44,086 bases of DNA from Psammoneis japonica (Eukaryota): contig QPGO01000230.1 of the NCBI GenBank assembly GCA_008632985.1, forward strand, positions 62,001-106,086. Reading direction: 5' to 3'. Below, in pieces: positions 36,129 to 44,086 of this stretch. Every line of letters starts with the position of its first letter. Positions within the stretch are counted from its first letter, which is position 1. The translations under genes were made by a program, and so were the position numbers. The notes under the pieces were generated by a model. It was not told where the DNA came from, ran no database searches, and was given only the letters and a program-made list of their open reading frames with translations.

Positions 36129-37484
36129 CTAATTCCGATTCATGGCTCCCAACGTTGCCTTCCTCTTCTTCTTCTTCTTCTCCGATTCATCCAAGTTGCA
36201 TCTGGAGAGAAATTCCTCCCCGGGCATGATTCGCTTCGTGACTGCCAAGCACCCGTTGTTGTAGAACTCGCAGTTGTTGTCTGCCTGTTGGCTTGCCTTG
36301 ATCTTCTTCTTGTCCTTGAACGACTCGGTGGCATCATTCACGCAGTGCATTCCGAGGCAGAGTGGATGGGAATTCTTGTTCCCTGGACCGCTAAAATCAA
36401 GCGGTTTTGGCTCCACTGTGACGCAGTGGCCCTCGCTGTCATGGATGGTGGAGCAGCACACGCTGTGGTCTTCTCCAAACTTGCTGTCGTGGTTGCACCA
36501 CAAGTGGCTCCTCGTTGCACCGGGCACCCTGGGGCCCACATGGATTCCAACCGCACTGCCTTTCTGGAACTGGCGCAAAGCAAAAAAACCAATGCCTGCG
36601 CCCCTCCGTTCCTCCTTGGGGCCTGCGGAGCGAGCGGACTTTTCGAGGCAAAACAACGCAGGTTGAAGTGGCGCGGCGCCTCATCCAAATGTGCACACTT
36701 CTGCACTTGCTCTCTTCACGAGGTGGACCAGTGCGAGCGACCACCCCGCTTTGAAAGCCTCGACGGCGGTCTTGAACACTTTGTTGCTCTTCGGCGTCGA
36801 GTCTGGGATGCCCCTCTCGCCGACTTCCGTGTGGCACCTCCACACCCACTTGCAGTGTTCGCCGTGAGCATTCGCGACGGCTTCAGGGTCGCTCCTGATG
36901 CACCCCAGTTCTCCCAGCGCGGGGAACCAGAGGTCGGGATCATTCGGCACATCCTTCATCAGGCACATGGACTCCTGGAAATTGTCGGATTTTTCGTGCC
37001 GCCACACCCAGTCCCACAAGTCGAATGACGGCTCGTTGGGGTCCGGAAATTGCTTTCCTTCTTCTTCCTCTTCCGCCGTTGCTTTTGCAACCACTTTGGC
37101 CGTGGGCTTGGCTGCCTCCTCGCTTTTGCCACTGCAAAAAGGTGGGACCTCCGGTTTCACAAAGGTGGCCTGATCACCCACCAACTCGATCTTGCAACCA
37201 GCCTTGAGGAGCTGCTCGGCGGTGTGACCCAGCTGCTGTGCTTCTTTCCAACCACAAATTTGAAAGGTTGGCTCCGGCGGCACGGCTTTCTCCCCATTTT
37301 CAGTTTGGGACTGCGCCGGCTTCTCCGACATCCTTGCGCATTCGGACTTGACGGACACACCCTCGGCGCCAAGTGCAGTCATGGCAGCTGCCGCCGCGCC
37401 TTCAGCGCCCGTGAGTTCTGCCATGACTTCCAGAGCTGCTGCATCCTCTGCTTTGCCAGACACAACGATGTTGTCCTCTGCCAT
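36129..37484 (-). pseudogene. SET-domain lysine methyltransferase with a long N-terminal extension and one in-frame stop
   Basis: GAGIGFFALRQFQKGSAVGIHVG, LGMHCVND, NNCEF..AVTKRIMPGEEFLSRCN. ORFs 36681..37733 and 36129..36656 are in the same frame, separated by TGA at 36681-36683. Poly-Lys C-terminus. Confidence 0.75.
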
Positions 37485-38775
37485 TCTGGCGCCATGATGA
37501 CAGAGCTGCACTGACTGCTGTGTGGTGTGCTGCTTTGTTCCAGCCATTGGCGATCCACATCCTTCTGCGCACGTAAATGTGCAACACTTCGCACCAAATT
37601 CCACGTGCCCTGACACACCCTGCAATGCCTGCCGCGTGCTTCCAAGTTCCTCAACGCACCGCCTCCAGACGTGGCGCGTCTGCACCTGTCTACATCCGTC
37701 TTCACTGCTGTGCGCACTGCGGTGATGCAGCACACCCCATCAAAGCTTCATTGATGTTTGTTTTTTCCTTCCTTTTCCTTTTCTCTTCTTCTTCCATCTG
37801 GCTGGGAGGAACTGCTGGATAGCCTGGGCATGAGATCTTTCATGTCCATGCACAAAAAGTTGCACTGCATGTGCACGGGGAAATTTCAATGGCTGAGGAT
37901 CTCAGGTGGGTCTCAATGTGTGACAGACTCTGCCAGCAGCTTCTAGAAAGGGTGGGGAATGCAAGTCGAACGTCAAAATCAAACAGGATGCGAAGGTGAA
38001 CATCAACCATCATCGCCATTTGACATCAGCGTGTGGAATTGGGGAGGCCTCATAACTGCATCAACTGCTGCACAGTGCAAAAATCTGTTGTTTTGCAGTG
38101 GAGCTCTCTGCGGAGCTCTCCATGAAAAGTGACGAAAACAGAAACGACGGCATCAAAGCATGCAACAACATCACAAGCGCTGCGACCGCCATCGTAGTCC
38201 AGTGACATGCACATGGAACAAGTGACATGCCAACAAAGATTGCTGTCTTGTGCTTTAAGTCTTTCTGCATCTGTTGGAAAAGTTTCAAAGAGTGTTTCAA
38301 AATTTGAAACGCGCCAACATCAAAAGTTGACAGAAATTGGTCGCGTGGGACAACATTGCCTCCAGAGAGCCATCAAAAGATGGCGCTCAAGCTTTTTCCC
38401 ATTTTCAGGATAGATCGCCATCCCAAAAAAAAGAAAAAGGGGGGACGCACTGCGGAGACAGCAAGAAAACTTGCGAGTCAACCGCGTTCTAAATCAACAC
38501 TCCCTGCAAGTGAAGACTTGCCGCATCATGTCAATGACATGACAGAACCCCAAACCTGTGTTCTGTCAATGGCATGATCTGCTTGGCGAGCTTTTGCTGC
38601 TTCACAGATGAACGCTGCTGTCTGTTTCAACAGCCGTGACCTGACGGGTCAAGCAAACAGGCAACTTCCTGCGCTCAAAGACACTGGAGTGACGTGGACT
38701 CAAGGCTGGAGAGACGCACTCGATTTGCCCCAACCTCCGGACTCAACTGGCAACACCTGCGCCGCCGATTGAGAA

Positions 38776-39067
38776 AACACGCCATCAAGCAAAATGATTT
38801 GTGGAGTTCCAAACAAGAGCGAGCAATCTATTCCAGAAGAAGGGCAAGCCATCCTCGGCGATCGCGGCATCAGTTGCTTGGCAAACAACAAACACATCGT
38901 GCGAGACGACGAGTTTTAAAAGAGAGACAACACGCCATCAAGCAAAACGAGTTGTGGAACACCAAACAAGAGAAGGCAATTAGAGCCAGAGGATGGGCGA
39001 GCCATCCTTGGGTGTTGCCGCATTCCGGCTTGGCAAACAACAAACACATCGTGCAAGATGACGAGTT
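38776..39067. repeat. Two-copy diverged tandem repeat, period about 153 bp
   Basis: aacacgccatcaagcaaaa ... gcttggcaaacaacaaacacatcgtgc ... gacgagtt begins at 38776 and again at 38929. Confidence 0.85.
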
Positions 39068-39271
39068 GTGAGCGAAAGAAGAGTGCGAAACCAAGAGATT
39101 TTGTTTGTGTCGTGACCGTTGCCAAATTTCTCAAGCACTGTCAATTTTGCGCAAACGTGTAGAATGAATGCCATGATTTTGCATGTGGGACACACGCCAG
39201 GACTTGGCACTTTCAAAATTGTCACCAATTCCTTCGCACACTTCACGGCAACCGTCCAAACGCAAAAAAAC

Positions 39272-39750
39272 TGCTGACTCCATGACGTCTTCGTTGTCGA
39301 GGTCCAAGCTCCTGCTCCATTCATTTGCCTCACAGGTCTCTGCAGAGCAACACTTGACGCTGACTTGAGCCCCACACAGCACACTCTCAACTCCTTGTTT
39401 GTCATGGCTTTCAAGTTGACAGTGGATGGGTCCTGCCGTTGCTGTCCATGTGCTCTTCCAAGCAGCAGCAGCATCAAGTTGTTTGTGGTTTCAAGAAAAT
39501 GGTGGATCCAAAACATGTTGTCCCCCTGGAAAAGCCCTGCGTGTGCTTTGATCCCGAATTTCTCCCGGATTCCACTGCAGACGCCTTTCACGAGGATCTT
39601 CTCAACAACGTGAAGTGGGAAAAGACAGCCAAAATCAATCGATGGGTCAGTCTTCATCACACAAAGGATTTGGAAGATTGTCAGCACCGCGATGCACCAG
39701 GAGCTGCCCATGTCGGATTCAACTCCACCATTGAGAGCATTCAAAAAAGG
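39272..39750 (+). pseudogene. Truncated 5' fragment of an AlkB-family (ALKBH2/3-like) dioxygenase gene
   Basis: VCFDPEFLPDSTADAFHEDLLNNVKWEKTAKINRWVSLH..CQHRDAPG resembles the AlkB N-terminal part after restoring Tyr. It ends before any HxD motif. Confidence 0.55.
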
Positions 39751-42543
39751 TGGCCTGGGGCTGCAACAGCACAACATGGTTGTGCTGGTGTGGGCAACTG
39801 CTCATTGGAAAAAAGGAGCATTGGCAGGTGACAGTGCAGCTGCATTGCCCCCCACCATGTGATGGGGGCTGTGCTGCTCTGGCTCTCTCTGCAGGCACAT
39901 GTCCAGCGTCACAGCCATGCTCCTGACCCAGTTGACCTCTTGCTTGACCAGCTCCCTGTCCATGACCACCTGCATGACCAACTGCACAATCTCTTCTGAC
40001 CTCCTCCTGCAAGTTTCAACCATGACAAAAACAATGCAACAGCAGCAAAGGTTGATGTTCTTGTTGTGCATTTGTGTGGATCAGCTGCTGCAGCATCCTG
40101 CAGACAGCCCCACAAACAAACAAGCTGCACAGACCAGCACAAGTGTGTGAAATGTTCTTTCTCAACAAGAGCCAACTAAGATCATCAAAACTGAGACATC
40201 TTTTTTTTTTCAAAAACAGATGTGATGCATCTGGTTGAAACAATGCCGGGCATCCAGCTGTTCAACAAATGAGAGTTGCAAACAAAACACATCGCCAAAG
40301 AAGACCAACAAAGTGGGTCATTTGAGTTGATTCAAATGGTTGCAAACTTTGAAAAGAGTGTGATGAAAAAAGTTGAAAAAAGAACAACCACTTGCAAAAA
40401 TGGCACAGGCAACAATCACCACACCAACTGGCTCAACTTCATGAAAAAAAAACACATCACCAACACACAAAACAACACAAAAAGGCAGGATGCACCCAAA
40501 TGCACCCAAACAATGACCACATTGCAGGGAGGCTCCAACATTGCAGGGAGGCTCCAACAGAGTCCAGGGCTCTGCATGTGCCAACACACAAAAGCTGTGG
40601 GAAATGCAAGAGGTCAGAAGTGAGACACAGGAGCAGGCAGCTTGCAGCAAACAATGAACTGATGCTTTTGCTGTGTTTTCATTTCTTGAAAACTTGGACA
40701 AGTTGAAAAAATGGCCAAAGACAAGAAACAAAGTGCTGCAACATTGTGCACAGGTGAGTGGAACAAACACCAGCAGCATGGCATTCACACTTGCCAAACA
40801 AAACATGCCAAACTAACAACTTTTCTGCACTGCACTCTTCCAGGGATTGCTGTTGTAGCTCACAGTGAAAAGCTGTTGCAGCATCTGACTCTCTTTGAAA
40901 CCTGAAATGTTGGAGCACAATGCAAAGCCAGTGCAGCCAGGAACACTGTGATGCAAGACAGGCTGCAAAAGAGACAGTGGGGTGGCTGTTGGGTTGAAGC
41001 AAGAACAGAGAGAGAGATCAATCAAGAGATGGAGAACAAGGCAACAGAGTGATGGCATGTGGATCAAGAGCATGCACCCAATGTGTCAAACCTTGCCAGG
41101 GCAGAAAGCAAACATTGTTGCAAACCAAAGCTGCAAGGTGCATGTGCCATCTGACAAACAAACAAATTGAACTGTTGGCATGCTCCAGTGCCAACAACAA
41201 ACAACAGCAATTGGTGGTGAGATCAACTTGGGCATGTGCACACAGAAATGAACCATGTTTTGTCCATTGTTGTTTCCCAGTTTTTCCAAACATGTGCAAA
41301 AATCATTTTGTCAAGAGCCCATGCAATGCAAGACCAATTTTCCTCAAGTCTGGTTTCCTGCTTTGCTGGTTTGGTCAGCTGCAAAAAGCCACTTCTCATC
41401 AAGCAAACTTCAAGAGAGCAGTTGCTGCCTTTTTCCAGACATTGCCAACCTTTTGTCGTTTCTTGCACCACACCCACACCAGAATCTTTGGCAAGTTCTC
41501 TCTGGCCAGCAGTTTTTGCACAACATGTGCTGTCTGTTTTCTGTTCTTTCATGCAGGGTGCTTTGCCATTGCACTTGGCCTGCACACAGGGGATGTGGAA
41601 ATTCCTCTTCTCAAGAAGCGAAGCTCACATTTTTGTGCAGTTCTTGGGTGCTTCAGCAGCAGACCATGGCTGCCTCCAGCACTTTTGTGAAATGGGAAAT
41701 TTGCCCCTTGTGGGTTGCATGCATGGACCAAAGCAAGGACAAAAGCCAAGTGTGTTGGTTTGTCTCAAGCAATTCATGATCTGCCATCTCTCCCCACCAT
41801 GTGAGATCTTGGGAGGAAATTGACATGCGTGTCCTCTTCATGTGGCCCCTGTGAGTGCACTCCAAGGATTTCCTGCATGTGGGTGAAGCAAGCAAGTGGT
41901 GCTGAAGTTTGTGATTTCTTGTCTTGTGTGAGCAATTCCATGTCATGGTGCTGATTGATTGGCCCACCAACATGCAAGAGGTGAGACTTCCCTTGCTAAA
42001 ACCACCACTCCACATGGCACAGCCACCACTTTCAGATGAAGCTCCAAATTTTGCAGGGTGCAAAGGAAAAAATGGTCAAGGAGTCTTGTATGCATGATTG
42101 CATGATTGATTGCAAGCCAGGGTGTTCAAATTGCAACAGAACATGCAAAGGTGATGATGCCAAGCTTCATGGGTGTTGTGCCCTGTCTTGGTTGGTTAAA
42201 CCATTCAATGGACATTGCTGCTCCTCTTCCTGTCCAGCAATGCCATGTGTGGATGTGAAAATGATGTGGACAAACTCGAATGACAACAACTAAAACGACA
42301 GCAAAAGACAGACTCACATGCACTGAGAAAAGAAGTGGTCCTGTCCCCCCAGGATCGACCATTCTCACTCGCGCGATTATTTACCAGCGTCTTGAGAGTG
42401 TCTCATGTCTCCCCCGCTTTGTGTACTGTCAGCTTTCTAGAGAGTGGTCTTTGTCCAAACAAAGAGAAATGCAAACGCGAGCAATTCATACGCTGGCTAA
42501 ACTTAGGAATGAATTCTTCCGCCTCAAATGACAGGCGAGGCTC

Positions 42544-44086
42544 TCAATTATCTTCATCGTCGACAGCTTCCATGTGAATCGCTTGATACATTTCTGGACT
42601 CACGTTGACGTATTGATTCATGTATGCCAACTGACTCTTGATGTTTTCGCGGAGTTCGTCGCGTGCCAACTTTTCGATTATCACAATGCTTGGAAGATTG
42701 TTTGTGGTCCGTATAACATTCACATTGAGAAGCCGAAAACGCCCACTGAGTTTGCGGACGATCCGAGTGATTTGCAAGCCCCTCAAAACAAGCAGGACAA
42801 CTCGACCACCTGGTTTCAAGGTGTACCAAGAATTTCGTAAAAATATCTCATAAAGAGTCTTGAGATCCGAGACGCTGTTCTTTTGACCCGTTTGAACTCC
42901 CCAAGGCAAGTTGCTAATGATGGCATCCACCGACTCGTCTTCCACATGCCTCCGCAAACCCCGAGCATCCGAACAGACAAACTTGCAAATTTCGGGACCG
43001 CATCCCTCGGCAAGAGCATTGTCCCTGGCACCATCCGCACTCCGTTTGGACACATCCATTCCAATACAAAAGACTTTCTTTTGGAAGATTTCCATTGCTT
43101 CCAATAAGAGGGTCCCGCTTCCGCAAAACGGGTCCATAATTGTATGGCCAGGTTGTACATTCCCCAGACGGACCAGTGCGTAGGCAATATTGGTCTTGAC
43201 GGTGACTACATTGCGATATGCTAAAAAGTGTCGATCTTTGCTCAAGTCGGCAACGTTGAGTTGCGTCCCCACGATGATTCGGTAGCCTACAATTTCAATG
43301 CGAATGGAAACGTCGTAATCCTCCATCTTTGGTCGAACCTTGCGGTCTTCATAGTATTCAGCCAGGGCTCCACCCATTTCCATCTCTACTTGGGGACTCT
43401 GAAAGGCATGTGGCCCTCCAATTCGTTCGCAAGTAGCCCGAAAGGTTCCCCCGCCACTTTCGGCCAGCTGCTCCAGAGAAGACACAACTACGGTCTTTTG
43501 GACGAGGTGGTCCTTGAAATACTCGTAAAGGGTTTCAGCGTCAACAAGCTTGGGGTTGGAAATGTTTCATTGCAACAGGCCTCCAACTGGAAATCCATGT
43601 GATAGTCTAAAACGTGAATGGCGGACTTTAGGCCCAAGAGTAGCTTGATCGTTGACGCAAGTTCGTCAGAGTGGCTTGCCTCAAAGTCAGCCTTGGAAGA
43701 TCCCCCACAGCAACAGGCCACAAAGCCATCCATTCCTACTGGCCGCGCAATAACTCGCCACAAGCTATTCAAGTTCTCATTGGCTGTCAATACCTCTTCA
43801 ATCTCGGCGCCACAGTATCGTTCCGCTCCAAGATTGGTCTTTATCAAAAAGTAGATATTAGGAAAGTCCTCATCGAGATCTCCCACACTGACGGTATCTC
43901 CAAATATACCGCCACTATCAGGATTACCAAAGACGTTGGATCCCTCGGTGGTTGCCGACCATGCATTCGCATTGGGTTCCGCACCGTCGGTAATGCTGGA
44001 GAGCCAGTCATCTCGTCGTTCGTGCTCGTGTTCCCCCTCTGTTTTGAAATTCTTGCATCGAAACGTCAGATTGATGCGTCCAGTCT
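42544..44086 (-). CDS. Host gene (5' end outside the window): AlkB-type C-terminus, THUMP domain and SAM-dependent RNA methyltransferase (UPF0020/Trm14/THUMPD3-like); apparent 1-nt indel at 43552-43555
   Basis: TFRATCERIGGPHAFQS (THUMP), IMDPFCGSGTLLLEA and ISNLPWG. The upstream frame stays open to the window edge and reads GRINLTFR. One extra C in the CCCC run joins the frames as FPTPKLVDAETLYEYFK. Normal TpA and Tyr content. Confidence 0.88.

Larger units (their letters stand above)
23250..39250 (-). mobile_element. Large Helitron-like element with accessory genes (termini not identified; extent inferred)
   Basis: Rep-helicase at 24518-30331 plus adjacent ORFs sharing the same mutational state (TpA lost, CpG largely kept). 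The extent beyond the Rep-helicase is inference. Confidence 0.5.

Noticed and set aside
24518..37484. Alternative genetic code with Tyr read from Cys/His codons
   Set aside because: Non-coding DNA is depleted too, all codon positions are affected, and the host gene uses TAY normally.
500..42300. Classical fungal RIP or plain 5mC decay as the cause of the compositional skew
   Set aside because: RIP creates TpA, and CpG decay leaves TpA untouched. Here TpA is lost, including where CpG is kept.
500..42300. The many short overlapping Cys/His-rich ORFs as real genes
   Set aside because: They are the expected by-product of TpA loss, which thins out stop codons and enriches TGY and CAY in all six frames.
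43552..43555. Programmed frameshift or pseudogenisation of the host gene
   Set aside because: A single missing base in a homopolymer within an otherwise clean gene is more simply a sequencing or assembly indel; reads are needed to confirm.

Overview
This is eukaryotic DNA, most likely from a pennate diatom (inferred from the Copia, LINE and LRR families). About 42 kb is repeat-rich and ends next to one intact-looking host gene at the right edge. The block holds a decayed Copia element, a 5'-truncated RNase H-bearing LINE, ankyrin and LRR pseudogenes, and a large Helitron (Rep plus Pif1 helicase). Next to the Helitron lie ORFs resembling a DOT1-type methyltransferase, a TET/JBP-type dioxygenase and a SET-domain methyltransferase. 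Three signals stand out. (1) Repeat-derived DNA has lost almost all TpA dinucleotides, apparently by TAY->TGY (RTA->RCA) change. Tyr becomes Cys or His in conserved motifs, the opposite direction to fungal RIP, and the effect stops sharply at the host gene. (2) The Helitron appears to carry a chromatin-modifier gene cluster. (3) Upstream of the Helitron Rep lies an array of hairpins with different sequences but the same shape. The host gene appears to fuse an AlkB dioxygenase to a THUMP RNA methyltransferase. All domain calls come from motif recognition by eye; no searches were run, and most short ORFs in the track are probably artefacts.
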